This document shows, in pieces, positions 1-9,173 of a stretch of DNA of 46,139 nt. Location: NCBI GenBank assembly GCA_013166775.1, contig JABLTJ010000029.1, forward strand, positions 1 through 46,139, given 5' to 3'. Position numbers and translations under genes: made by a program. Within the stretch, counting starts at the first letter, position 1; each line of letters starts with the position of its first letter. The stretch is from Promethearchaeati archaeon (GTDB lineage: Archaea; Asgardarchaeota; Heimdallarchaeia; Heimdallarchaeales; Heimdallarchaeaceae). The notes under the pieces were generated by a model. The model worked only from the letters and a program-made list of their open reading frames with translations, did no database searches and had not been told where the DNA came from.

Positions 1-34
1 ATTGTGCAGGCGTTAAAGAAAGCGAATCCTGAAC

Positions 35-754
35 TTGCTGAATTTAGCTGGGAAATTCAGGCGGCACAAAGCAGGGTCAACCTCATCAATTGGCCATGTC
101 AAGTATCCAGACACTAAGTTTGAGGTCTTCTTCGGTAATAGTTTTGATTTTGGTATATCATCTCTCGTAAATCTAGCTAATCTGGATGGAGAAATGAAAT
201 GGATAAAAGGTCCATCAAAATATACCTTTCTAGCATTAAAGAAGTTAGCAACAGTTAAACAGAGAAAGGGAACAATCATTCTAGATGATGGAGAACCAAT
301 GGATTTCAAATTAATGCTAATAGCAATTGGAATAGGCAAATCTCTAGGTGGTGGAATGTTATCTTGTGTACACGCTCATCCCCAAAATGATTTCTTTGAT
401 GTAATGATCTCCAAGGATATGACTAAGTTCCAAACCCTTCTTGGAATTCAAAAAATCTTCAAAGGAGAGCATTTGAACCTTAAAGGTGTTCGTTACAAAT
501 ATGCTAAGAAGGTGGAAGTCGAATTGGAAAGCCCAATTGGAATGGAACATGATGGAGAGATCTATGAAGGCGATGTAAGTGCTCATGTTATTGTTGAACA
601 CATGCCTCAGGCTTACAATATTCTATATAATACTGAACATCCATCAATGTACTGGTTAACTGAGGAAGAACTTGCTGCAGGTAAGAAAGCAGATGGTAAA
701 ACAACTAAGGGAATGACTCATTGGGATGGACGTACCTGGATGGAAAAGAATTAA
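35..754 (+). CDS. Diacylglycerol/lipid kinase family protein (YegS/DAGK-like), C-terminal part only; 5' end missing
   Basis: Motifs FGNSFDFG (N..G.G), GKSLGGGM..HAHPQNDFFDV (GxxxGGG..A.P.DG.xDV) and EHDGE. The N-terminal GGDG ATP-binding domain is absent, and this frame has a stop at 14-16. Confidence 0.75.
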   Translation: MLNLAGKFRRHKAGSTSSIGHVKYPDTKFEVFFGNSFDFGISSLVNLANLDGEMKWIKGPSKYTFLALKKLATVKQRKGTIILDDGEPMDFKLMLIAIGIGKSLGGGMLSCVHAHPQNDFFDVMISKDMTKFQTLLGIQKIFKGEHLNLKGVRYKYAKKVEVELESPIGMEHDGEIYEGDVSAHVIVEHMPQAYNILYNTEHPSMYWLTEEELAAGKKADGKTTKGMTHWDGRTWMEKN

Positions 755-831
755 TTTTTTTTCTTCTCTCTAAATCTTTCATACAATCTAGAATTTCAAA
801 ATTAATTTGTAAAATAAAAAAAAACCCTTGG

Positions 832-1149
832 TTAAACCAAGAATTTCTTCATTTTTTCCCTGTACTCTTCGAATGCTTTTCTTCCATCGTTGGTTAGGCT
901 TGCTAATGTATGTGTTTTCTTTCTAACAATCTTCTTTTCTACTTTTACATACCCAACATTCTCTAATTTAGTTATGTGAGAGGAAAGATTTCCCCACGTT
1001 AGGTCTGTTTCTGCTCTTAGGAAAAGAAAATCTGCTTTCTCTAAAACATACAAATATGACATTATTAATAATCTAGCTGGTTCATGGATTACTTTGTCGA
1101 TTGTACCTAAATCTTTAAGAGATTCACCAATTTTCTTTTCATCTACCAT
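832..1149 (-). CDS. Winged-helix transcriptional regulator (HTH_34, ArsR/MarR-like)
   Basis: IHEPARLLIMSYL..F..L......LTWGNLSSHITKLENVGYV..K signature. Probable start is MVDEKK at 1149 after GGAGGAG; it overlaps the end of the upstream membrane-protein gene. Confidence 0.85.
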   Translation of the reverse strand: MVDEKKIGESLKDLGTIDKVIHEPARLLIMSYLYVLEKADFLFLRAETDLTWGNLSSHITKLENVGYVKVEKKIVRKKTHTLASLTNDGRKAFEEYREKMKKFLV

Positions 1150-1795
1150 CTGCGTTCTCTCCTCCATTTATTGGATACTTCCTGAGGAAAAAGATCAGAT
1201 AGAGTATACCTATTCCCAGAATGATAACTCCAGTTATAATCAAAGGTATTCCGCTGTATTGACGATAATCTAATGTGTGTAATTGTTCATTCACAAACAG
1301 TCCAATTCCCATAAGTATTCCATTGATAATTATTCGGGAATATTTTAGGAAATAAGCTAAAATACTGAAAATAACAATAGGAATTAATCCAAATATTATT
1401 CCAACTCCATAGCTTAACCCATTAAAGGTCAATACCCCAGTAACTGTCAATATTACTGCTAAGATTGTCAGTAGTACCATAGCTGCTGTTACAATTGCTA
1501 AAGCTATTATTCTTGGTTGTTTTTTCCTTCTTAGCTTTACAATTCCAACTCTTGTAAGAGTGAAATACCTTTTTCCAAGTAAGAATGATATGAAACCTAT
1601 AACAAATAGTAAAGGACCTAGCAGTGAGTTCATTGGATTTGGTAAGAAATCATAAACATACGTCCCAATACCAAATGCAATCCATGTAAAACCAAGACAT
1701 AGATCCCATAATCCGTCCTGGAAATAGAGTAAGAAGGTTTTCCTTTCCAATTTATCTAAATCAATAACTGAGTTCATTTCGTTATTATGTGTCAT
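1139..1795 (-). CDS. Multi-pass membrane protein of unknown function, coupled to the wHTH regulator
   Basis: About 6-7 hydrophobic segments and a YFQDGLWD motif. Start moved to MTHNN (1795) because the longer ORF runs through the promoter/operator. Confidence 0.75.
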   Translation of the reverse strand: MTHNNEMNSVIDLDKLERKTFLLYFQDGLWDLCLGFTWIAFGIGTYVYDFLPNPMNSLLGPLLFVIGFISFLLGKRYFTLTRVGIVKLRRKKQPRIIALAIVTAAMVLLTILAVILTVTGVLTFNGLSYGVGIIFGLIPIVIFSILAYFLKYSRIIINGILMGIGLFVNEQLHTLDYRQYSGIPLIITGVIILGIGILYLIFFLRKYPINGGENADGR

Positions 1796-1801
1796 TTTTA
1801 T

Positions 1802-1852
1802 CTCTATGTATACAAAGCACTTTACAATATAAAAGACTTTGCATTGCAAAGT
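1802..1852. promoter_or_regulatory. Tandem 17-bp palindromic operators overlapping the TATA box of the membrane protein-wHTH operon
   Basis: Perfect palindrome ACTTTGCA-T-TGCAAAGT at 1836-1852, an abutting imperfect copy ACTTTACA-A-TATAAAAG at 1819-1835 and a half-site TACAAAGC at 1811-1818. Confidence 0.7.
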
Positions 1853-2052
1853 GTTTTATGTCTCAAAGCCATCTATTTGCTTGCTGTCTTCTTTTGTGGG
1901 TATATTTTCTGTTTAAATTCAAACAAAGCGGGAGAAAAGAAATCTTAAAAGATGTTTCAGAGACTGATGAAGTACTTATTGTTCCATCTGTTAAAGAGTA
2001 ACATTCGCTTCAATCTCAATCTGAAATTAAAAAATATTTGATTTTAATGGTT

Positions 2053-3474
2053 CTACCATCCAACAGCAATTAAAAACATCGAGTATCCTATACTCAAGAT
2101 ACCAAAAGCTAGAGTCAGAGGCAACATTTTTACTATATATTGGAGGAATGAGATTTTATCTCCTTCTCTATTTAGAATCTCTAAAGCCATGAGGATAGTA
2201 ATTGATCCTAGTGGAGTAAGAGCTCCACCGATGTTACCAGATAAAACAAATCCTATCCATAAACCTGTTGCAATCCCTACTGGTAAGGTTTTGAAGATAT
2301 AGGAGAAGATTAAAGCTGCTGATGACCCATTTAGAAAACCCGTTATAGGTAATCCGATCGCTCCGATTATTAGTGCAACTAAAATTTGTCCTCTTACAGT
2401 TGGTGTTCCTGTTCCTAGAACACTTGTTAGTATCTCGGTTAATGGGGCTAGTGCGCCTGAAGCTGTAAGAATACCCATCAGTACAAACAGTGCAACGAAG
2501 AAAACTATCATCTCCCATTCAACACCATCTTCAAGAAAGTGTTTCAAATCAGTTCTAAATAGGAATACTCCAAAGATAGCTGCAATTAACGCTACCAATG
2601 CTACATCGATGGGATTATTCTCAATACTAGTAAGAAGGAATCCAACAAACAATACTCCCAAAAGGATTATTGATTTCCAGATGTTCTTCCTCTCTTCAAT
2701 ACCTGACCAAGGATTGATTCTTCCTAATTGTTCTTTTTTCTCATCTGAAACTTCTATTAGTATATCCTTTCTGAACATGAAGAAGAAATAAGCTGTTGCA
2801 ATGCCAAAGAAGAATATAGCAACTGGAAACATATACACCATAAAGGATAAAAAGTTAACAGGCTTGGTTGCTGCATGAGCTGAATTAGCATAAAGGTTGT
2901 AGAAGATAATATTTGGAAGTGAAGAGACGGGAGTAGGTAATCCACCGATGATCGTGTTTATCCCAACAAATAGAACGAATGGTCTTGGATTGAGATCCAA
3001 TTGCTTTGTTATTACTACTGTTAATGAACCCAATAAGATTATAGCAGAGAGATTATCAAAGAACATTGAAACAAAAAATGTCAATCCTCCAAGAGCTATA
3101 ATTAGTTTTCTTGGATCTCCTTTAGTTAGCTTAACAATAGAAAGTGAAATAAAATCAAAGAAACCAGCTCCTTTAGTCAAAGCTACAATGATGCTTACAG
3201 CAAATATAATTACGATTGCTTCTACATTTATCGTTTTAGCTAATGCTTCCAGGAAACTCTCTGGAACATGTTCATATCCCATATTGTTTTCAAAACCTGT
3301 TTTCCAATCACTAAAAACAATTAAATAAAAAACAGCAACAATTATCGCTCCAGTAACTGTGATTTTTGTTGCATCAATTCCCTCTTTCATTAATAATAGG
3401 ATGGTTCCTAGGACGATTAGTACAATAATTATCATAGCAATTATGTCCAAATCTGGATTTTGTATTAAGCCCAC
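2053..3474 (-). CDS. ArsB/NhaD/SLC13-type (IT superfamily) ion or anion transporter
   Basis: About 12 TM segments; SMFFDN, IGGLPTPVSSLPNII, V(D/E)W..I.FF..LF and GNIGGALTPLGS motifs. Confidence 0.85.
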   Translation of the reverse strand: MGLIQNPDLDIIAMIIIVLIVLGTILLLMKEGIDATKITVTGAIIVAVFYLIVFSDWKTGFENNMGYEHVPESFLEALAKTINVEAIVIIFAVSIIVALTKGAGFFDFISLSIVKLTKGDPRKLIIALGGLTFFVSMFFDNLSAIILLGSLTVVITKQLDLNPRPFVLFVGINTIIGGLPTPVSSLPNIIFYNLYANSAHAATKPVNFLSFMVYMFPVAIFFFGIATAYFFFMFRKDILIEVSDEKKEQLGRINPWSGIEERKNIWKSIILLGVLFVGFLLTSIENNPIDVALVALIAAIFGVFLFRTDLKHFLEDGVEWEMIVFFVALFVLMGILTASGALAPLTEILTSVLGTGTPTVRGQILVALIIGAIGLPITGFLNGSSAALIFSYIFKTLPVGIATGLWIGFVLSGNIGGALTPLGSITILMALEILNREGDKISFLQYIVKMLPLTLAFGILSIGYSMFLIAVGW

Positions 3475-3603
3475 TTAACCACCTATTTACTGCACTATTA
3501 TTTCTTTGATTTTTTTGCGAAATCAAGTTAATCACTTGAATTTCTCTAGGGTTTTACCCTAAAGAATCTTGTTAGCTTATTCTATCATTCTAAGTAAATT
3601 AAG

Positions 3604-5268
3604 CTATTCAAATTCCATTCTGGAAACTTCTTCTTCTTCCTCTTCTTCTTCTTCAGTTACTTCTTCTTTCTTCTCTTCAGGAATCTCCTCTTTTATCTCT
3701 TCGATGACTTTTTCCTTTAGTTCTTTCTTAGGCTCTTTGAGATCCTTTTTGAGTTCGTATTTTATTTCTTCTTTAATCTCTTCTTTGATTTCTTCAAGGA
3801 TTGAATCCTTCAGTTCTTCCATGCTTTCCTCTTTTTTGAGTTCTTTAGAAACCTCTTTCTTTACTTCTTTCTTGGGTTCATCTTTGATCTCTTTCTTCAC
3901 TTCTTTCTTTATCTCTTCAATAACTTCATCTTTGACTTCTTCTTTAATTTCATCTATATCATTCATTTCTACTTCCTCCTCTTTCTCCTCTACTGTTTCT
4001 TTTTCCTCTTCTTTTCCTTTTTCCAGAATTTTTTCCTTCTTTTCTTCTTTGATTTCCTCTTTCTTTTCCTTCTTTTCTTCTTTACCGAGTATGTCCTTTT
4101 TTATTTCTTCTTTTATAGTTTCTTTCATCTCTTCATCAATAACAATCTTTTCTTCTTCCTCTTCCTTTTTCTCATCAGGATCTACTTCAATTTCTTCTTC
4201 CTCATCTCCTTCAGCAATTGCTTTCTCTTCTTCTTTGATTTCCTTTTTTAGGGTGATTTTACGTTTTGCTATAACTATTGGTACAGCTATCTCTGAATCT
4301 TCTAAGAGATCTACAAAAAACCCGTAAAGACTTGAATGTTTAGTTGGCATATATATCATTAATACACCAACATCCTTGCCAAATGTTACTAATTCTTCTT
4401 TGAAAACTTCGACCTGATTTGTTGCAATTAGATGAAAATCAACATAACGAGATGCTTCCTTAAAGACTTGTAGATTAGCTCTTTCAAATCTTTCAAGCTC
4501 TTCTCTGTTTTTATCGATTAGTGCTTCTAATTCCTCTTTTGATTTATCTTCATGATGACTTGGATCTATGTTAATAAGGCAATGAATTTCTCCTTTCTTA
4601 AGAGTGAATTTAAGAGCTTTGGAAACTAAATAACTTATTTGGGTACTGCTACTAAAGAATATACAAGTATTCTTCCACAGGAGATCAATATTTACTTTTT
4701 CACTCTGAACCAACATTATTGGTATATCCTTAACGTCCTCTACTAGATACTCAAAGATATCTCCCATCAAACTAACCTTAGCTTCGTCTTCTTCTTCTTC
4801 CTCTATACTAGCTTTAATTTCTTTTATACCAATAAATGATGAAGGAACAATGATAATGTCGTATTCATTTGATTTCAAGACGTTACTCAGGATAGTTTTT
4901 AGCATTTCAACGTTTTCTACAACTTGCCCTTTTATTTCGAAATCTTCACTTCGAAGATGTTCATAAGCAAATGCTAAAGCATCCTCGTAGCTTTTCTTTG
5001 ATATATTAGCGATTTCAGTATCTTGCTCAGTGTAAAAGCAAATAACATCTATTTTAGAACCAAAATGACGGTTCAGTTCTCCAGCAAGCAATACTGCAGT
5101 TCTAGATTTAGCTGTACCATTTATTATTACCAGAGCTTTCTCTATTTTTGAAGGTTCTGGATTAACAGAAGGAAGCAATTCAGTGAACTTCTGAAGTGTT
5201 TTTTCCAATTGAGCCTTCTGTTTATCTCTATCTTGAATGCTCATTACAATCTCTTCGAATCTTTTCAT
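3604..5268 (-). CDS. Universal-stress-protein-like (tandem USP) protein with a ~200-aa Glu/Lys-rich low-complexity C-terminal tail
   Basis: KALVIINGTAKSRTAVLLAGEL, YDIIIV and LMGDIFEYLVE..IPIMLV resemble the USP fold. The tail is made of EEIK/KKEV-type repeats. Confidence 0.6.
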   Translation of the reverse strand: MKRFEEIVMSIQDRDKQKAQLEKTLQKFTELLPSVNPEPSKIEKALVIINGTAKSRTAVLLAGELNRHFGSKIDVICFYTEQDTEIANISKKSYEDALAFAYEHLRSEDFEIKGQVVENVEMLKTILSNVLKSNEYDIIIVPSSFIGIKEIKASIEEEEEDEAKVSLMGDIFEYLVEDVKDIPIMLVQSEKVNIDLLWKNTCIFFSSSTQISYLVSKALKFTLKKGEIHCLINIDPSHHEDKSKEELEALIDKNREELERFERANLQVFKEASRYVDFHLIATNQVEVFKEELVTFGKDVGVLMIYMPTKHSSLYGFFVDLLEDSEIAVPIVIAKRKITLKKEIKEEEKAIAEGDEEEEIEVDPDEKKEEEEEKIVIDEEMKETIKEEIKKDILGKEEKKEKKEEIKEEKKEKILEKGKEEEKETVEEKEEEVEMNDIDEIKEEVKDEVIEEIKKEVKKEIKDEPKKEVKKEVSKELKKEESMEELKDSILEEIKEEIKEEIKYELKKDLKEPKKELKEKVIEEIKEEIPEEKKEEVTEEEEEEEEEVSRMEFE

Positions 5269-5404
5269 AAAAAAACTTTCCCATAAATATCAAGTAGAAG
5301 AAACTATTCTAAAAGTCTGTGCTTAATGAATTAGACATTCTAGGGGAAAATCAATCCTTAAATGTCTTATTATTTACACAAAATTAAGGAATAAATACTT
5401 TATT

Positions 5405-5962
5405 TTGAAAATCAACAAAGTTTATAGTGCAGTAAGAAAAAAAAACATTATAATGGATATACCTTCGAAATATAAAGAAATAGATGTTTTCAAAGAAGGA
5501 ATACTATTGGGATTGTTCTTCATTTTAATTGGTATATTATTCATTGTCGTACATACTTTCATTCCAATAAACTGGCTGAGTGTATTCGCTGTAATATTCT
5601 TTGCATTAGGATTTGTAATTCTCTTTATGTCTACTTTCATTCCTTATTTGAGTAGAAGACAAAGTAATATTCTATTATTTACTTGGAATGAAATGGTATA
5701 TCTATTTCTTGGATTGCCATTAGTATCAATTTGTCTATTGATACTTCCCGTTTCCATCTATATCCTATTCTTTTCTGGTGATGTAAGTATTGTAGGAATG
5801 TTTTGTTTATATTTTGTTTTAGCTCTACAACTATCATCATTGATTTACACAGGAGTTACAATTTGGTTACATAGAAGGTCCAGTGGTCATCCAATTTCTA
5901 CTAAAATCGATAAAGGATCAATTGAACAATTTCTCTATAAATTACCCTCAGTAGAGGACTAA
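5405..5962 (+). CDS. Hypothetical 4-TM membrane protein
   Basis: Four hydrophobic helices; alternative ATG start at 5453 (MDIPS). Confidence 0.65.
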   Translation: MKINKVYSAVRKKNIIMDIPSKYKEIDVFKEGILLGLFFILIGILFIVVHTFIPINWLSVFAVIFFALGFVILFMSTFIPYLSRRQSNILLFTWNEMVYLFLGLPLVSICLLILPVSIYILFFSGDVSIVGMFCLYFVLALQLSSLIYTGVTIWLHRRSSGHPISTKIDKGSIEQFLYKLPSVED

Positions 5963-6031
5963 AAATTCATGCTTTGACAGTAACGTTTTTTTATGTATCA
6001 ATTTAAGATTGATTGATATTAAGGTGATATA

Positions 6032-7111
6032 ATGCACAAAAAATTGTTTATTCCTGGACCAACCGAAGTAGGTGATGATGTCCTAAAAGCGCAAGCCAGG
6101 TATATGATTGGACATAGAAGTCAAGATTTTACTGATTTATATGACAGCATACTTACTCAATTGCGAGAATTATTCAAGACAGATCAACATATTTTAGTTG
6201 TTGCAGCTTCTGGTACAATATTCATGGATATTACAGCTAGAAACTTAATACGATCTGGAAAGAAAGCCCTTTGTTGTGTCAATGGCTCTTTCTCCTCTAG
6301 AATGTATGATGCAGTAGTAGGAAGTGAAAAAGAAGCTGATAGGCTAGATGTTGAATGGGGAAAGGCTGTAAAACCTGAAATGATTAAAGAGAAACTAGAA
6401 AAAAGCAAATATGATGTAATCACAATCTGTTACAATGAAACAAGTACAGGTGTAAAAGCTCATCTCAAAGAAATTGCTGATGTCTTAAAAGATTATCCTG
6501 AGACTCTTCTAGCTGTTGATGCAGTCTCTTCAATGGGAGGAGATTTGCTTTATCCTGAAGAAATGGGAACAGATCTTGTTTTTGCTTCATCTCAGAAATG
6601 TTTTGCTTTACCACCTGGTTTAGCAGTAGGAGTAGTGTCTCAAAAAGCTCTAGACAGAGCTAATGAAGTAAAAGGTAGAGGACTCTATACAGACCTAGTA
6701 GCAATACTAGGGTACTACGAAAAGAAGAAACAAACACCCTCTACACCTGCAATCTCACTTCTTTATGCTATGGATTTCCAGTTAAAGAAAATGTTGAAAG
6801 AAGGAGCAGAAGGTATATATCAAAGACACAAAGCTATGGCTGATTATACTCACAAATGGGCTTTGGATAGAGGATTCGGATTATTTGCAGAAGAAGGGTA
6901 TAGATCCATTACTGTAACTACTGTTGTTAATACTCTTGGAAAAGATGTAGGTGCTCTGAATAAAGCACTAGGAGAAAAAGGGATGATTCTAGCAAATGGG
7001 TATGGTAAGCTAAAAGATCAAACTTTTAGGATAGGACATATGGGTGATCATACTGTCGAAGATATTAAAAAACTACTGAATTGTATAGATGAAATATGGG
7101 AGCTTAAGTGA
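6032..7111 (+). CDS. Class V PLP aminotransferase (alanine-glyoxylate/serine-pyruvate type; probable archaeal-type phosphoserine aminotransferase)
   Basis: LFIPGPT, GHRS, NETSTGV, VDAVSS, SSQKCFALPPG (PLP Lys) and FRIGHMG motifs; lies directly upstream of serA. Confidence 0.9.
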   Translation: MHKKLFIPGPTEVGDDVLKAQARYMIGHRSQDFTDLYDSILTQLRELFKTDQHILVVAASGTIFMDITARNLIRSGKKALCCVNGSFSSRMYDAVVGSEKEADRLDVEWGKAVKPEMIKEKLEKSKYDVITICYNETSTGVKAHLKEIADVLKDYPETLLAVDAVSSMGGDLLYPEEMGTDLVFASSQKCFALPPGLAVGVVSQKALDRANEVKGRGLYTDLVAILGYYEKKKQTPSTPAISLLYAMDFQLKKMLKEGAEGIYQRHKAMADYTHKWALDRGFGLFAEEGYRSITVTTVVNTLGKDVGALNKALGEKGMILANGYGKLKDQTFRIGHMGDHTVEDIKKLLNCIDEIWELK

Positions 7112-7121
7112 GGTTTTGAAT

Positions 7122-8045
7122 ATGCCAAAAGTAATCTTAACAGATAAATTAAATGATAAAGTTATAGAAATTCTGGAGGAGGCAGGTTTTGAAGTTAAAG
7201 TCGCTTGGGATTTGCCTAAAGATGATCTTCCAAAAATAATTGGAGAGTACGATGCTGTCATAGTAAGAGGGGCAACAAAAGTTCGAGGAGATCTGTTAGA
7301 AAAAGCAGTCAATTTGAAAGTCGTAGGAAGAGCAGGAGTTGGATTGGACAACATAGATTTGGAATCTACAATGGCTCGAGGTATTAAAGTTGTAAATACT
7401 CCAGCTGCTACTACCAATTCCGTCGCTGAATTAGCTCTCACAATGGTTTTATCATCAACTCGTGATGTTGTAAAAGGAACATGTGAAATCAAAGCTAATC
7501 CTGGATCCTTTGGTTCAATGAAGAAAGAACTCTTTTCTAGAGAAATAGATGGTAAAACTTTGGGTTTAATAGGCACTGGTCGAATTGGTACCAGTTTAGC
7601 TGTCAAGTGCAAAGCTTTGGGAATGAATGTAATAGGTTTTGATAAGTATGTTACTGAAAATCCAGTCGTGGAAATGAAAGGTACAATGGAAGATGTTCTT
7701 GAGGAAGCAGATTTTATTAGTCTTCATCTACCTTTGACAGAAGATACTAAACATATGATCAATAAAGAAGTGATAGACAAGATGAAAAAAGGTGCTGTTC
7801 TAATCAATTGTGCTAGAGGAGGAATCGTTGATGAACACGCAGCACATGATGCATTGGAATCAGGACATTTAGGTTATTATTGTACAGATGTTTTTGAAGT
7901 TGAGCCACCAAGTACAGATAATCCTCTATTGCATCACGAAAATGTCATTATCAGTCCACACATTGGAGCTCAAACAGCAGAAGGAAATTACCGAGCTAGC
8001 GTTCAAGCAGCTGAAAGAGTGATAGAATCTTTCAAAGAAATATAA
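7122..8045 (+). CDS. serA: D-3-phosphoglycerate dehydrogenase (D-2-hydroxyacid dehydrogenase family, no ACT domain)
   Basis: RAGVGLDNID, VVNTP, GLIGTGRIG, HLPLT, INCARGG, DVFEVEP and SPHIGAQT motifs; ATG at 7122 after GAGG. Confidence 0.85.
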   Translation: MPKVILTDKLNDKVIEILEEAGFEVKVAWDLPKDDLPKIIGEYDAVIVRGATKVRGDLLEKAVNLKVVGRAGVGLDNIDLESTMARGIKVVNTPAATTNSVAELALTMVLSSTRDVVKGTCEIKANPGSFGSMKKELFSREIDGKTLGLIGTGRIGTSLAVKCKALGMNVIGFDKYVTENPVVEMKGTMEDVLEEADFISLHLPLTEDTKHMINKEVIDKMKKGAVLINCARGGIVDEHAAHDALESGHLGYYCTDVFEVEPPSTDNPLLHHENVIISPHIGAQTAEGNYRASVQAAERVIESFKEI

Positions 8046-8113
8046 TTCATTTTTTTCTCTTCTTTTTCTTTCATTTAGGAAAGTTTTAAGATAAACTAGA
8101 ATTTTATTTTCTC

Positions 8114-9166
8114 ATGAAAGCTGCATTAATTGGTTTAGGAGCTATAGGTACTATAATTGCTGCAGATTTAGCTAAAAATGACTTTCCTCTATATGTAGTC
8201 TGCAAGCATCAAGAGACACTTGATCTAGTAAAGAAACGAGGTTTGAAAGTGACTGGAGTTGATGGAGAGTACATAGTAAAGGAGAACCTTTTCCCAGTCT
8301 TAACTATTGAAGATCTTCCTGAAGAATTAGATTTGATTTTTATGGTAACCAAATTAACAGAATTAGAGGATGCTTTCAAAAGAATTAAAGTGAAATTATC
8401 TAATGATTTTTCTCTGGTTACAATGACAAATGGTGTAATAGAAGAACGACTTAGTGGACTAATCACTAAGAGTCAGCTTATGGGCTGTGTAGTTAGCTTT
8501 GGTGCAACTAAATCTGGTCATGCAGAATCTATTAAAACTTCTTCAGGAGAAATGGTCATTGGTAGAATGGATGGAAAAAAACAAGAATTCGATGATAAAC
8601 TTATAGAACTTCTATCTAACACGGTTCCAACTACTTGGTCTGAAAAAATTATAAACGAAAAATTCACTAAATTACTTATAAACCTGGCAGTAACCTCTTT
8701 TGGGGTAATAAGTGGGATGAAATTAGGCGAAATGCTGGCAAGAAAGAAGACAAGAATTGCTTTCTTGACTGTTATAACTGAAGGAGTTACTGTAGCTAAA
8801 AGAAAAGGTATTCAACTACAGAAGATGAATAACTTGAATATGGAATTCTTAGTATTAACAAGAAAAGAACTGAATGGACTTTCTATCAAACACATCCTGA
8901 AACAAACAATAGTAAAAATCGTTGGAAGAAAATATAAGGATTTGAGATCATCCAGCCTTCAATCAATTGAATCTGGAAGAAAAACAGAATTGGATTTTAT
9001 AAATGGATATCTGATCGCTGAAGGAGAAAAATATGGCGTAGAGACACGCCTTAACTCATATGTTCTTGAAGAAATTCATAAAATAGAAGAAGGGAAGAAA
9101 AAACCATCTTTAAAAGGATTAGAAGAATTAGAGCAAAAAACAATGGAAATTTGGGATTTAAGATAA
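8114..9166 (+). CDS. panE: 2-dehydropantoate 2-reductase (ketopantoate reductase)
   Basis: IGLGAIG Rossmann motif, xNG, KLLIN and SSLQS...GRKTELDFING motifs. Confidence 0.85.
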   Translation: MKAALIGLGAIGTIIAADLAKNDFPLYVVCKHQETLDLVKKRGLKVTGVDGEYIVKENLFPVLTIEDLPEELDLIFMVTKLTELEDAFKRIKVKLSNDFSLVTMTNGVIEERLSGLITKSQLMGCVVSFGATKSGHAESIKTSSGEMVIGRMDGKKQEFDDKLIELLSNTVPTTWSEKIINEKFTKLLINLAVTSFGVISGMKLGEMLARKKTRIAFLTVITEGVTVAKRKGIQLQKMNNLNMEFLVLTRKELNGLSIKHILKQTIVKIVGRKYKDLRSSSLQSIESGRKTELDFINGYLIAEGEKYGVETRLNSYVLEEIHKIEEGKKKPSLKGLEELEQKTMEIWDLR

Positions 9167-9173
9167 TCTTCTC

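Noticed and set aside
1789-2001. 70-aa + strand ORF in the intergenic region
   Set aside because: Runs through the operator/TATA region of the minus-strand operon and has no recognisable features.
3569-4327. 252-aa Ser/Phe-rich ORF on the + strand
   Set aside because: Antisense shadow of the Glu/Lys-rich tail; GAA/AAA codons read as TTC/TCT/TTT without stops.
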